DNA of 64,000 bases from a virus, in IMG/VR virus record IMGVR_UViG_3300037156_000189, positions 1 to 64,000 of that record. One strand, written 5' to 3'. Position numbers and translations under genes: made by a program. The first letter of the stretch is position 1; each line of letters begins with the position of its first letter. Shown here one piece after another: positions 8,879 to 19,289 of the stretch. The notes under the pieces are model-generated. The model had not been told where the DNA came from and did not search any database. It saw nothing but the letters and a program-made list of their open reading frames with translations.

Positions 8879-11043
8879 GGCGTGGACCCCCCGATGTACG
8901 TGTCAAACTCCTGCCGCAGGACCTCAAGTGACGATTTGAAATAGGCATAGCTTGTGTCGCCGTCCGCGACCTTCGATCCGCCGATCTTTTTCTTCTCGAA
9001 GCTGGGAGCCATCTGGCGAAGAATCTTTCCAAAGCCCACGTCGTTGGGCAGACGGCCCTTGATGTTGCGATTCCCGACCCAGCGCCTGAGCGCGTCCCGC
9101 AATCGATTGGATGGGATCGTATCCGGCCATTCCCCGCCCCAATCGCCGCCTGCAATCATACCGGCCGAGAGGGTGTCGTACCACCATTGCTGGACTGGCT
9201 CCAAGGAGGAGATTTTCTGCGATACAAGCCCGGCCGTGTTCGGAGCCAGATTGATGTCCTGGGTGATTTTGTAGTCCATGAGGTACCGGAGCAGGTAGGC
9301 CGCGCCACCTTGATCGTCCAGGCCCACACGCATCTCCTCGAAATACTTCCGGTCCTGCCTGCGGCCGTCTCCCACTTCAAAGACCGCCCAGCGGCGCTCG
9401 TCTTCCGAGGCCGGCACGAGCCACTCCTCGTTGCCGATGACGACCACTCGGGTCAGGTTGCGCACGGTGTAGGTTTCCTTGCCCTTCGGCTCGATTACAT
9501 GTTTGGCGCCAGTCACCAGATCCTTGACGACTCCTTCGCATTCCTTATCCCCGGACCAGAAGGCCTCGTCGAGAATGAACAGCAGAGAGTATTGAAGATG
9601 GGCTGTAAAATTGCTGACAAGGTACCGGCGCCGGGCCGTAGTCATCGCGTGGCCTCCGAGCAATTTGCTGATGCGCTCGACCAGCGCGTTCTTGCCCACG
9701 CCTTTCCCGCCGCGGAAGACGGTCGCCACCAGGGGCTTTTCGTAAGGCTTTTGGATCAAATGAGCGAACCAGCAGGTCAGCCAGTCAGCGAGGCCTTTAT
9801 CGTGGTTGCAGATGTTCTCGAACAGGTGCTCTTTCCAGCGCTCGACCATCGGGTGATTAGGAGAATCAGCAGGTTTCACGGAGAATCCGTGCCACATGTT
9901 ATACCATCTTTTGGACACGTCGACTTCAGGCTCAAAAACTACGCCGTCGTAGCTCCTGCGTTCTCCCCACTCCAACCACAATTGCGCCGTGGGCTTGCTC
10001 TTGTCCCCGATCGGCAGCTTGTTGCCGGCGTTCATGTCAAAGAACGACTGCTTGTTCATCAGGTGAAAGACATACGATCCATCTGGATTCGTGGTCTCCC
10101 ACAAAATGTTCCCCGTTCCCCCGGAGAAGACAAAAGCGAAAGACTTATTCATCTTGTGGAATGGATGGGCCTTTTCAAGTTCTTTCGCTGGCTCGGGGAT
10201 CGGCGGGAAGATCGCCTCGGGTGCTGCGACTCCTTGCGGTTCCCGTCCATACTTGAACGCATTGCGGACCTTGGTTTCGAGTTCTTCTTCAGACCATGGG
10301 GGCAGGCAGCGCTCGTTCCAGGGGCTCAGTAGCTCGAGCGCTTGATCGGCGTCGCAGCCGAGGTCTTTGAGATGCAGAGCGACCTTGTAGGTCGTGTCGT
10401 CACCTCCCTGGCCTTCGATGGCCAGGGGAGCTTGGTTCGCGAGCCATTGGGATGCCCGCTGCGCCGCGCGATCGGGTTCGATGCCTTCCAGAGTCTCTGC
10501 TTTGACTTCTGCGCGCTCTTGGACACCGGCAAGTTTTTCGACTAACCAAGCAGGAGCCGATGCGATGTGTGACTTGTTCACCACCTCGTACTTCCGGCCG
10601 TCGATGACCGAGCCCGGCGCCAACACATAGCCCCCGACACAGCGGGTGTCGATGCCCTGCCCCAGGGTATTCACTCCCTGACGCAAAGCAATCGGCGCGT
10701 GGTAGTAGAGGTGCCGGCCGTTCGATGGCGTCCGAACTTCAAACGTGGGAGGAAATTCGAAACCTTCCGTTTCCAATTGGAAGAGAGTCGCATCTCCTCT
10801 CTTACCGTCTTTTACGTCAACGTCTACGACCGTGAGGATTCCGCCCTCGCCGAGATGTCCGGTCGACACCGCAACGTTTTTCGGCTTTCCATTCCACCAT
10901 ACTGCAACCTGCGCCGGGTCAGTAGTCGCTCTCTCGGGATAATTTTTAATCGCGGGCAATTTACCGTTGACTTCGCACGGGAATACCGGCAGACCGCTCT
11001 TGGCCAGGAGTGCCGCGAATTCCGATTGAGAGGTGGTGGTCAC
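8866..11043 (-). CDS. Bifunctional primase-polymerase (Prim-Pol) fused to a DUF5906/SF3-like helicase
   Basis: PVFPC, VVDVDVK, RTPSNGRHLYY, GIDTR..GGYV; Walker A GGKGVGKN, Walker B FILDE, SEDERRW; GTG start coupled to the upstream stop. Confidence 0.9.
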   Translation of the reverse strand: MTTTSQSEFAALLAKSGLPVFPCEVNGKLPAIKNYPERATTDPAQVAVWWNGKPKNVAVSTGHLGEGGILTVVDVDVKDGKRGDATLFQLETEGFEFPPTFEVRTPSNGRHLYYHAPIALRQGVNTLGQGIDTRCVGGYVLAPGSVIDGRKYEVVNKSHIASAPAWLVEKLAGVQERAEVKAETLEGIEPDRAAQRASQWLANQAPLAIEGQGGDDTTYKVALHLKDLGCDADQALELLSPWNERCLPPWSEEELETKVRNAFKYGREPQGVAAPEAIFPPIPEPAKELEKAHPFHKMNKSFAFVFSGGTGNILWETTNPDGSYVFHLMNKQSFFDMNAGNKLPIGDKSKPTAQLWLEWGERRSYDGVVFEPEVDVSKRWYNMWHGFSVKPADSPNHPMVERWKEHLFENICNHDKGLADWLTCWFAHLIQKPYEKPLVATVFRGGKGVGKNALVERISKLLGGHAMTTARRRYLVSNFTAHLQYSLLFILDEAFWSGDKECEGVVKDLVTGAKHVIEPKGKETYTVRNLTRVVVIGNEEWLVPASEDERRWAVFEVGDGRRQDRKYFEEMRVGLDDQGGAAYLLRYLMDYKITQDINLAPNTAGLVSQKISSLEPVQQWWYDTLSAGMIAGGDWGGEWPDTIPSNRLRDALRRWVGNRNIKGRLPNDVGFGKILRQMAPSFEKKKIGGSKVADGDTSYAYFKSSLEVLRQEFDTYIGGSTPWPE

Positions 11044-12257
11044 GAGAGAACCTCTGCAAGGAGGCGACGATTCGCCATTGCGATGTAATCCGCGTTCAAT
11101 TCTATGCCGATGAAATCCCGCTGGTGGCGCAAAGCGACAACACCCGTCGTTCCTGATCCCGCGAAAGGATCGAGAACGACTCCCCCAATTGGGGATCCGG
11201 CGAGGACGCAAGGCTCGATCAACTTGGGCGGGAAGGTAGCGAAGTGAGCTTCTTTGAAGGGCTGCGTAGCGACAGTCCACACATCGCGTTTGTTGCGAGT
11301 CTCTTTCGCAGGAATCCCCAAAGACGATCGCTCGGTGCCCCCGCTTATTAAGCCGCCTGTACGTGCAATAGCCTGCTCCGCCAGTTTGCGCGAAGATGGG
11401 CCACCAACCGCTTTCATCGGCCCGTTCGTCTTTCCCGGTACACGGTCAGAACCCTTTTGATTCTCGATGTCCTGATCCCAGCGGGCCAAAGAAGAAGAAG
11501 CGCAAGGTTCCTTGATCGCTTCATGATCGAAATAATACTTCTCTGATTTCGTCAACAGGAACAGATACTCATGGCTCTTGGTGCAGCGGTCGGTCACGCT
11601 CTCGGGCATCGGGTTTGGCTTGGCCCAGATGATGTCCTGCCGCAGATACCAGCCATCGGTGCGGAGAGCGAAGGCGAGCATCCAGGGAATACCTACAAGG
11701 TCTTTGTGCTTCAATCCGTATTTAGTACAATCACGTTTTGGATTGTAGTCTGACCTATCGCCACGGCCCCGGTGTGAACTTTCGTCTCCGTGTCCCCCAA
11801 CTCCTCCAGCGAGCGTTTCAGCAGGCATCCCGGTTCCGCCGCGCGCAGCGGCGTAAGAATCCCCAATATTCAACCACAACGTTCCGTCATCTCGCAGTGT
11901 TCGCCTGACTCCACGGAATATTTCAACGGCGTGCTCGACGTACAATTCGGGTGTCGGTTCCAACCCAAACGATCCGAGCCACGCGCCGCAGTTTATGCAA
12001 AATCTTCCACGTGCTGCGTCTCTTCCATAACCCTCGCCGCGGCCATTCTTATCGGTTGGAGTACCGCTTCCGCCACGGTTGCTACCGGGAATTGTTGCGC
12101 CCCATTCGTGTTTGCAAGACAACTCGCCACCCCAAATTTGTGGCTCGGATTTATAGTCCCGCAAACCCCAATAAGGAGGCGACGTAATGCAGCATTGAAT
12201 GGACTCGCTTTCCATCTCTCGCAACCTATCGAGTACGTTCCCTTGCAGCATTTTCAT
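11040..12257 (-). CDS. DNA N4-cytosine/N6-adenine methyltransferase (beta class)
   Basis: TSPPY precedes VLDPFAGSGTT; IIWAKPNPMPESVTDRCTKSHEY; HFATFP. Confidence 0.9.
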   Translation of the reverse strand: MKMLQGNVLDRLREMESESIQCCITSPPYWGLRDYKSEPQIWGGELSCKHEWGATIPGSNRGGSGTPTDKNGRGEGYGRDAARGRFCINCGAWLGSFGLEPTPELYVEHAVEIFRGVRRTLRDDGTLWLNIGDSYAAARGGTGMPAETLAGGVGGHGDESSHRGRGDRSDYNPKRDCTKYGLKHKDLVGIPWMLAFALRTDGWYLRQDIIWAKPNPMPESVTDRCTKSHEYLFLLTKSEKYYFDHEAIKEPCASSSLARWDQDIENQKGSDRVPGKTNGPMKAVGGPSSRKLAEQAIARTGGLISGGTERSSLGIPAKETRNKRDVWTVATQPFKEAHFATFPPKLIEPCVLAGSPIGGVVLDPFAGSGTTGVVALRHQRDFIGIELNADYIAMANRRLLAEVLS

Positions 12258-12769
12258 CGTTCTTTCCAAGGCTGGCCCGGTGATTCGCGCGCGGCCTGCG
12301 CCTGCTCACGTTGAGCGAAAACGCATTCCAGCATGCAGTTGAAAGCCGCGGCGGCCAGATGCGCCTGCAAAGTCCCCAGCTTGTCGTGCGGAATCTCGTC
12401 CTCGTACTGCAACAAGTGCTTCCGGGCATGCCTCAGAATCTCTTCCTTCTGGTGGCGCCCAATCTTCCGCACACTGCCAGCGGCCTCGAAAGCATCGGCG
12501 CCGAACTTCTCATGGCCTAAGCGGCCGATGTCGTTCATCAGGGTGAGGAAGTCACTATGAAGAAAGGGGAACGGAGGCGTCACTATGATGGTTCTGTCTT
12601 GTTTGAGCACGGCAATTTCTTCTGCCATTGCGTTGAACACCTTGACCAGGGCTTCACCAACAGCATAGTCCTCAACTCGGCCAACGTATGCCCCGTCCAA
12701 ACGGAGAACTCTGTAACCGCCGGCATCAGCGCCATAGTCACTATGCCTCGATTCAATTTCCAGTTTCAT
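12254..12769 (-). CDS. Putative dATP/dGTP diphosphohydrolase-like (DUF5664-like) protein
   Basis: G.EKFG...RHARKHL..YE...D..GTLQAHLAAAAFNCM. Confidence 0.55.
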   Translation of the reverse strand: MKLEIESRHSDYGADAGGYRVLRLDGAYVGRVEDYAVGEALVKVFNAMAEEIAVLKQDRTIIVTPPFPFLHSDFLTLMNDIGRLGHEKFGADAFEAAGSVRKIGRHQKEEILRHARKHLLQYEDEIPHDKLGTLQAHLAAAAFNCMLECVFAQREQAQAARESPGQPWKER

Positions 12770-12923
12770 TGGAACCCTTTCCCCTTCGGATCAGGCTTGA
12801 TCCGTTCCCCGCACTTGCTGCAACGAGCTTCGCGCTCCTCGAAGTCAAACAGGATGCGCTCGCCCTCGTCGATGTTACGGGTGCATTGGACGCACTCGCC
12901 CTTGAATTTTGCTGTCATCCAGT

Positions 12924-13184
12924 TCACATGGCCCTCTCTTTCTCGATCTTCGCCTTCGTCGCCTGATACTGCTCTTTATTCCAAACGAGCAGGCACAAAT
13001 GAAGCTCGTTGTTCATGACAGCGCCGATCACGTTGCCCGCGACGCCGATGGTGATATCGGTGTCCTTGCCTTTGTGGACTGCATTCATGTGGCGCAGGTT
13101 TTCACTCGTTGAAAGACGAATGTCAAGGTTGTCATCGCACATCCGTTTCAAGATGTCGAAAGAACTGATTTTGGTTTCACTCAC
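12924..13184 (-). CDS. Hypothetical protein
   Basis: Coupled 86-aa ORF in the operon. Confidence 0.5.
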   Translation of the reverse strand: MSETKISSFDILKRMCDDNLDIRLSTSENLRHMNAVHKGKDTDITIGVAGNVIGAVMNNELHLCLLVWNKEQYQATKAKIEKERAM

Positions 13185-13462
13185 CGCTGTTTCCTCTCTT
13201 CAATCCTGCGCACTAATTCGCCAGCGATATCTTCCTCGTTCAAGTGCTTCCATGGGTTCGGCTCACCTGCAGATCGAACAATCTGGATGGCCGCATCGCA
13301 CCACTCTACGGCAGAACGAAAGCCGGCTGAAATATTCTCCCCCTTGGAAAGAAAGGTCAACGCCGCTGACAGTCCTTCTCCATCTGGCACAGCGTCCTTG
13401 GCCATCTTGAGAAATACAAACTTTTTGAAGTTTGGCCCCAACGGACGTTTCGGATCACTCAT
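13181..13462 (-). CDS. Hypothetical protein (MSDPKRPLG...)
   Basis: SD GAGG; likely start downstream of the pol stop. Confidence 0.5.
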   Translation of the reverse strand: MSDPKRPLGPNFKKFVFLKMAKDAVPDGEGLSAALTFLSKGENISAGFRSAVEWCDAAIQIVRSAGEPNPWKHLNEEDIAGELVRRIEERKQR

Positions 13463-13472
13463 CTCAAATACC

Positions 13473-15518
13473 TCAGTTCTTGCGATATCGTTTTGCGTGA
13501 TATCCCTCCGCGGCCAACGGCAATCCTGGTGCGTAACTTGGTGTAGTGGACATGATCGCCACCATGCGCTCAAGCGCGTACTGCGCGCGGAACTTCTGGA
13601 CTTCAGCCACGGGCTCATCGTGGACGTGCATTACGATTGGTATACCTTCAGCCTCAATCGTGGTCATCGCAGTGGCCAGGAGATCACGGCAGAAGCCTTG
13701 CGTTGCGTTCTCAGCAAGCGGGCCTCCGTGAGTTGACACACGCATCCACCTGCCCTTGGAATTCGGATCGGGGAGGACTTTCTTTTTCTGAGCGAAATCG
13801 ACGATCGTCATGAACGTGAGAGCTTCCTTCTCCGCTCCCCACGGTGTCATGACTGTGCGAATTTCCGGATACGGATAGCAGAGAGCGCGATTGCTTGGCA
13901 GCAGCATCCACAGGAAAGATCCGGCCTTGCGGAACTTCACTTGACGGCCTGGGAGGCCAACTGCGAAGACCCCGCTCGACTCCATAGAGTCCATTGCTGC
14001 CCGCTCAAGGGCGTACCAGTAAGAAACCGTCTTTCGATTGGCTTCGCGCCAGGCCGTTTTGATTGTGTCAGCCTCGGCATCAGGAACCTTGACATTGTAA
14101 TTTTTGGCCATGGATTGAAAGGCACCTACTGAACCTCCATAACCCAGAGCCAAAATCGAAACCTTGCCTATCAATCTTTGAAACCAATTCACTTCATCCA
14201 TCGGTACGTGATAGATACCAGACGCCGCGTGCTCATAAATCTTGCCATGAGTGCGGAATACTTCAAGCACGTTGTCCTGTCCTGCGAGCCACGGGAGCGC
14301 GCGGGCCTCGACCTGGGAGAAGTCGCAAGCTACTAACTCATTCCCTTCGGAGGCGACCAGCATCCCACGAAGACAATCGGAGATAGCCGTCATGCTTGGA
14401 CCGTAAAAGAAGTCGAGCATCTCCTTGTTGTCGAATAGCTCGAACATCGCGTCAACATCTTTTTGCTTCGTCTCCAGGCGGGGCCTAGGAAGATTTTGAC
14501 ATTGTACTCCGCGTCCGGCCCAACGGCCCGTAGATGCCGCATGGAACTGGTGCATATTGCGCATGCGACCGTCAGTGGACGCCTTCTCCCGCATAGTAAC
14601 CAGCTTCGCTGTGGAGGACTTGGCCGCTTCCTGGCGGAGTTCCAACGCGCGGCGCACGGCAGGCGGGAGGCCAATCGGAACAGTCTGCCCGTCGTCATCG
14701 ATTCCGTCGCTTTCTTCTTCGGCCAAAGCATCCAGCACATCTGCCTTGGCCAGCCCGTCCATCTCGACGCCCTGGGATTTAATCCACTTGCCGAGCATCT
14801 GGACCTCGGTGCAAGCGCCAACCACACCTCCGGTGACCTTGAGCATCTCAGCGTTCAGCCTCTTCTGTTCGGACTGGATAATCGCAATCGCCTTGTCGGC
14901 GCTCGTGAGATCACACATGACGCCGCGGTTGTTGATCTTGTAGTCCAGTTCCCACAAAGCGCATTCGGACGGAGACAATTCCATCAGACGCTCAAGACAG
15001 GAAAGCTCGGTGCGCACGTCCTGCGCGTTGTATTCGTAGAGCCTGAGAAATTTGTCGAGGGATTCCGGAGTGCGGCGCCACATGCTGCCGTCTTTCTTCG
15101 GTTTGCTTAGCTGCAGCATGATCCGGTGGCCTGCAGCGTCCTTGCGCTGGTCGACGCCCAGGGCAGGTGCGGCGTCGTCCAGGGCTCCCGGCAGGGCCAT
15201 CGCGTAGGCCCGCACCATGGAGCAGCGGACCTGACGGATGGGGAGGGGAATCCAGCCATACTTACGGACGCAACAGAGATTCCAGATCGCTAGTTCGAAC
15301 TGAGCGTTCCAGGCGGTGAGGATGCCACCGGCCGCGATGTGGGCTGCGAGGTCTGCGGGGAACAAATCGTTTTCAAACCAAGTCTTGATGTGGTCGGGAT
15401 CGGGGCCATAAGAGAGGCAATGAACGCCGGTAGATGGGTCTGTGGCGTAGTTGTGCAAGCCTGATTTCTTCAGGTCTATTCGGGAAAAAGTTTCATAGTC
15501 AATTCCAAAAGAGGGCAT
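13473..15518 (-). CDS. polA: Family A DNA polymerase with 3'-5' exonuclease, no 5'-3' exonuclease
   Basis: IDYETFS, AWNAQFE, YNAQDV; TGRWAG, motif A CDFSQVEAR, motif B RLIGKVSILALGYGG, ENATQ, motif C HVHDE. Confidence 0.95.
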   Translation of the reverse strand: MPSFGIDYETFSRIDLKKSGLHNYATDPSTGVHCLSYGPDPDHIKTWFENDLFPADLAAHIAAGGILTAWNAQFELAIWNLCCVRKYGWIPLPIRQVRCSMVRAYAMALPGALDDAAPALGVDQRKDAAGHRIMLQLSKPKKDGSMWRRTPESLDKFLRLYEYNAQDVRTELSCLERLMELSPSECALWELDYKINNRGVMCDLTSADKAIAIIQSEQKRLNAEMLKVTGGVVGACTEVQMLGKWIKSQGVEMDGLAKADVLDALAEEESDGIDDDGQTVPIGLPPAVRRALELRQEAAKSSTAKLVTMREKASTDGRMRNMHQFHAASTGRWAGRGVQCQNLPRPRLETKQKDVDAMFELFDNKEMLDFFYGPSMTAISDCLRGMLVASEGNELVACDFSQVEARALPWLAGQDNVLEVFRTHGKIYEHAASGIYHVPMDEVNWFQRLIGKVSILALGYGGSVGAFQSMAKNYNVKVPDAEADTIKTAWREANRKTVSYWYALERAAMDSMESSGVFAVGLPGRQVKFRKAGSFLWMLLPSNRALCYPYPEIRTVMTPWGAEKEALTFMTIVDFAQKKKVLPDPNSKGRWMRVSTHGGPLAENATQGFCRDLLATAMTTIEAEGIPIVMHVHDEPVAEVQKFRAQYALERMVAIMSTTPSYAPGLPLAAEGYHAKRYRKN

Positions 15519-15543
15519 GGGGATTCTTTCTGAGAGTGCCTAT

Positions 15544-15876
15544 TTATTCGATTGGGTAAAGTGCGTCAGCAATAATCTTCCGTGGCACTTCATGAGCGCG
15601 CTGGCGCATCATCCACAACGGATCGTTGGTGTCAGTCCCCTGGAGCGCCTCGAACCATGCTGCGAGTTTCTTCAACCCATCCTCAAGTGCCGCAGTACGC
15701 TGCTCCGCTAAAAGTAAATCGATCGCGAGGTCCATCCCCACGAGAGTTTCCGTGTCTTTTCCTTCATTCATCAATCGCAGGCCCATGTCCTCGGAACTGT
15801 CGATTAGTTCCACACACCGGCTATTCCAGAGATTGATTCCGTCGTTCTTCAATTCCTCGCGAGTCTTCATTTTCAT
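15544..15876 (-). CDS. Hypothetical protein
   Basis: SD GAGGGAG, 110 aa. Confidence 0.55.
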   Translation of the reverse strand: MKMKTREELKNDGINLWNSRCVELIDSSEDMGLRLMNEGKDTETLVGMDLAIDLLLAEQRTAALEDGLKKLAAWFEALQGTDTNDPLWMMRQRAHEVPRKIIADALYPIE

Positions 15877-15998
15877 TTCTCCCTCTTAAATTACGTGGGG
15901 CTTCTCATTCACGGATCAATGCCATCGCCGCTGATCTTGCCACCTTTTCGAAGGGTAGCTCTGCGTGTAACACGCCGCCCCACGTATCAAATTGAGAC

Positions 15999-16571
15999 TT
16001 AGCCGAAGATCGACGTTGCGGTCTTCCCGTTCGCCGCCCCGGCAGGCACGTCGACGGGCTCGAATGCCTTGGATGCGGGGATGCGGCCGGAACCGAGCGG
16101 ATCGTCGTCGCGCAGCTTCTGCACGTTCTGCAGGCCGAACGACACGCCCTTGTTGCCGGCGTTCTCGTAGGCAAAGGCGCGCACCTGGGCGCGGTACCAC
16201 GCGCCAGAGTACACGTCAGCGTCGTCGATAATGTCCTGCAGCTTGGCGTCGACGATGCCGGGCCGGCGATCTTCGTTGGCGGAGAAGCTCATGATCACCC
16301 AGTCGTCACCGATGCCGACGATGGGGTTTTCGAGTTCCTCGTTCAAACGAAACGGGCTGCGGAGGGTCTTCGGGATTTTGTCACCCCATTTTTCCTGTGC
16401 GGCGGCCTGGGCTTCCTTCTTGAGCGCGTCGAGCTTTGCCCCGGGCGGGAACACGGCGCGGATGGAATACTTGGGCTTGTTGGTTGTGCCGTCAGCATTC
16501 TTCATGCTGGTGGCGCGAAATACGCTGATGAACGCAGCGCGAAATTCAGGGGTCAAAAGGTTCTCGGACAT
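15999..16571 (-). CDS. Single-stranded DNA-binding protein, DUF2815 family
   Basis: KPKYS, LRSPFR, VYSGAWYRA, YENAGNKGVSFGLQNVQKLRDDDPLG. Confidence 0.9.
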   Translation of the reverse strand: MSENLLTPEFRAAFISVFRATSMKNADGTTNKPKYSIRAVFPPGAKLDALKKEAQAAAQEKWGDKIPKTLRSPFRLNEELENPIVGIGDDWVIMSFSANEDRRPGIVDAKLQDIIDDADVYSGAWYRAQVRAFAYENAGNKGVSFGLQNVQKLRDDDPLGSGRIPASKAFEPVDVPAGAANGKTATSIFG

Positions 16572-16648
16572 TTATTGCTCTCCTTGATGTTGTCGGTTGA
16601 TAGCTGTGGTTGTCGGATATCGGCTTGGGGAGCGTAATGCTCTTGGCC

Positions 16649-17866
16649 TTACGAAAGTAAATCTTGAATGACTGGGCCCGCGAAAGCCGCCTTCGCGTCG
16701 ATCCTTACTGGATCGCGCTTGTCCGAGATGTGAACCAGGGTGTGGCCGCTGGACTTCCGTTCCACAAATGGTTCCAGCATCGCGGCGCGCTCCTTGGCGT
16801 TCTTGCCCGGAGCCAGTTTCTCAGCATCGCCTACGTTGATGAGTTCCTTGGGCTTCCAAACATCTTTCTCATCGCAGCCGAGGTGCTTCGCCAGAGCGTA
16901 ACCCGGATCCGGAAGACCTTCTTTCCACTTGCGGACAGCCAGCTTCTCGACCAACTTATAGTCGGGAATCTCAACGCCCTTCTCGGCCTCCTGGTAGGCA
17001 AACTCGCGGGTGTTTTTGATCCAAGCTTCCAAAATCGGAAGAAAATCGAGAGCGCGCGCGAGTTCCAGTGGATCGTAGGTAGGCACGGGAGGCAGGATCT
17101 CGCCGCTTGTCGGGACGATTGCAAATACCTGCTTCGCCAATGCCTGAGCCCTGTTTTTGATCGCAGGACATTTGGGAGACGCGGCACACCACCGGCAGCC
17201 CTTCTCGGAAGGTTTGAGAAAGTTGTCTTCCCACCCCTTCGAGCCTTTCGCCTGTTCAGCCGTGGCGGCGCGGCCTACCGCGTCCACCACATCTGCGTGC
17301 AAGTCCAGAAGATCGGCAACGTCGAAGTCCACGCTGCGGATCGGGCCGTCGGGATGATCGTACCGCGGCTGGACGATGCCGATGTTGATCGTGCGGGCCG
17401 GCAGCTTCATGGTGATCAGCGTCGCCAGGGCGTAAATGCGGAGCTGGATGTTGCGCTCCACATTGACGACCACCCCGGCGCCGTACTTCAGATCCCGCAC
17501 GTAGAGGGTATGGGTATCCGGGTGCCAAGTGATGAAATCAGCGGTCCCGTATACCTCATTGTTGACCGCTACCTGCTTTTCCACATAGACCTTGGAGCCC
17601 TTAATCCGAATGCATTCATCGATGTAGATTTTGACGTGGTTGTGGATCTCGATCTCTTCACCAGGAAGCGGGGTTGGTATCGAGCCGTGCTGCGCGAAGT
17701 GCAGCAGCAGCCACTTCTCCGCGTAGGCGTGGGCTCGCGTGCCCTCATCAGCGTATTCGGATTCGCTCTCCGGCATGCCTTCGGAGAGCACGACTGAGCC
17801 GGGGCAGGTCATCCAGCGTTCTGCCCCTGACGGCGGGAGTTTGGAGTGAAGACTGGGGCTACCCAT
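16649..17866 (-). CDS. DUF2800 Cas4-like PD-(D/E)XK exonuclease
   Basis: HSKLPPSGAERWMTCPGS, EGTRAH, GTADF, DLKYG, QLRIYA, CRWC....KCP. Confidence 0.9.
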   Translation of the reverse strand: MGSPSLHSKLPPSGAERWMTCPGSVVLSEGMPESESEYADEGTRAHAYAEKWLLLHFAQHGSIPTPLPGEEIEIHNHVKIYIDECIRIKGSKVYVEKQVAVNNEVYGTADFITWHPDTHTLYVRDLKYGAGVVVNVERNIQLRIYALATLITMKLPARTINIGIVQPRYDHPDGPIRSVDFDVADLLDLHADVVDAVGRAATAEQAKGSKGWEDNFLKPSEKGCRWCAASPKCPAIKNRAQALAKQVFAIVPTSGEILPPVPTYDPLELARALDFLPILEAWIKNTREFAYQEAEKGVEIPDYKLVEKLAVRKWKEGLPDPGYALAKHLGCDEKDVWKPKELINVGDAEKLAPGKNAKERAAMLEPFVERKSSGHTLVHISDKRDPVRIDAKAAFAGPVIQDLLS

Positions 17867-18013
17867 TGGCTGTCCCCCGTTCCGCGCGCGCTCTACGAAC
17901 CGCTTCGGCATACGAAGCCTTGTCCCGTCTACCACGGCGCACGACATCAATACCTATGGTCGCGAGGTTGCAAGCGAGGCACACGAGAAGCGCCCCGAGT
18001 GTGATGTACCCAA

Positions 18014-18289
18014 TCATTTCTTTACTCCTGTCTTGGCGAGCGCGTCTACTGCCCAAGCGGCTACTGAAGCCCATGCGTGTTGGTTGCCGAGGCTTACGGG
18101 GTACTCGCGATAGGCAAGATCCCGTATTTTAACCAGTGCCGCATGGAGTTCCGGCGCCGCCGCCATCAAACGGGCGTCTGCTTCGATAAAATTCTCATTG
18201 CCGTAGCTCGGGGGCTTTGGACCGTCTATATTCCAATCGTTGTTGCATATCCAGCGCGCTGTCCACGGCCCCGGCGTGAAGCTACCCAT
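18014..18289 (-). CDS. Phage protein of the TPGPW...ADARLMAAAPEL family
   Basis: Signature motifs. Confidence 0.65.
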   Translation of the reverse strand: MGSFTPGPWTARWICNNDWNIDGPKPPSYGNENFIEADARLMAAAPELHAALVKIRDLAYREYPVSLGNQHAWASVAAWAVDALAKTGVKK

Positions 18290-18887
18290 TGAGAGTAGCT
18301 GCAAGTTCGTTCAACTTGACAGCCTCCAAGGCGAGGGCCTCGGTAACCCGGTTGCAGCCGAAGGCGCGCAGCTTCTCGATCGCCTCTTCCATGCTGTGCC
18401 TCGCAATGTAGCCGTTCAGCAAGGCGCGTAGCTCGTCCGCGGAGAGCTTTGCGGCTCCGTTGACGGCTTGTGCGGCTGGAGTGGCTGTGGTGGCCTGAGC
18501 AGCCTCAGCAGCAGCGGCCTTCCGCGCGGCCTCGGCGGCCATGAGCTGATCTCCGGTGGTGGGAGGCCTGTCAGCCTGCGCAGCAGCATCGGCAGCCATC
18601 TCGGCCTTGGTGCGACGCTTGCGCGTGGTGGTCTCGGCTGTAGGTACGGGATCGGATTGGACGAGAGTGGGGCCGGTGGGAAGGTTATCACTGACAGCGG
18701 TGACGGCGGTCACAGGTTCGGATTGGAGGGGAACGCCGAAGATGGCTTCCTGCTCATTCTTTGGCGCTGGCGCTGGAAGGTTGGAATCAGTCCGACCGCA
18801 GAGAACGGACAAGAGCGCGATGAGGGCCTGCCCGTCTCGTTTGTTCGTGGAAGTGGTGTCGAAATTGATGTCGAAATTGATGATCAT
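18282..18887 (-). CDS. Conserved phage replication-module protein (Ala/Pro linker plus C-terminal helical domain) usually found beside DUF2800
   Basis: KRRTKAEM; ELRALLNGYIARHSMEEAIEKLRAFG. Confidence 0.6.
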   Translation of the reverse strand: MIINFDINFDTTSTNKRDGQALIALLSVLCGRTDSNLPAPAPKNEQEAIFGVPLQSEPVTAVTAVSDNLPTGPTLVQSDPVPTAETTTRKRRTKAEMAADAAAQADRPPTTGDQLMAAEAARKAAAAEAAQATTATPAAQAVNGAAKLSADELRALLNGYIARHSMEEAIEKLRAFGCNRVTEALALEAVKLNELAATLNG

Positions 18888-18977
18888 TTGTTTGTAGCCT
18901 TTCTGATGTGAAGTTAACTGTAGATCACGTTGGTTGGGATTGCAAGTGGAAAATTTAGAGAATTTTGGCACCAGATT

Positions 18978-19187
18978 CTACGGCTCAAATCCAGGCTGTA
19001 ACTGGTACTCGGAATCAACAACTTTCCAAAACCGAGTTGCGTGGTCGTCCTTGCAAAGTTCCGCATTGATAGCATCCGCTACACGTTGCGCGCTTTTCTG
19101 ACTCCAGAAAGTCAGTGGCAAAAAAGACTCTTCCGGGTAATCGCTACCGAAGTTATCGGTGTTGACTATCTTGAATAACTTTGTCAT
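18978..19187 (-). CDS. Hypothetical protein
   Basis: SD GAGGA, 69 aa. Confidence 0.55.
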   Translation of the reverse strand: MTKLFKIVNTDNFGSDYPEESFLPLTFWSQKSAQRVADAINAELCKDDHATRFWKVVDSEYQLQPGFEP

Positions 19188-19289
19188 CTCATTTCATCCT
19201 CTCTATAATATCTTTGCAAGCTTGGTGAGTATCCGAAAGCTGAAGGCGCAATGCAAGCGCGACCGAATCTTTCCCGCCGACAACGTGTC

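Noticed and set aside
12254-15518. Z-genome (2-aminoadenine) system
   Set aside because: A DUF5664-like gene and PolA are present, but no purZ was seen in the window
9187-17797. Long + strand ORFs (9187-10332, 14463-15110, 16664-17797)
   Set aside because: Antisense shadows of GC3-rich replication genes; no motifs or SDs
16649-17866. CRISPR-associated Cas4
   Set aside because: It is the DUF2800 nuclease in its usual context beside SSB and polymerase; no cas genes are present
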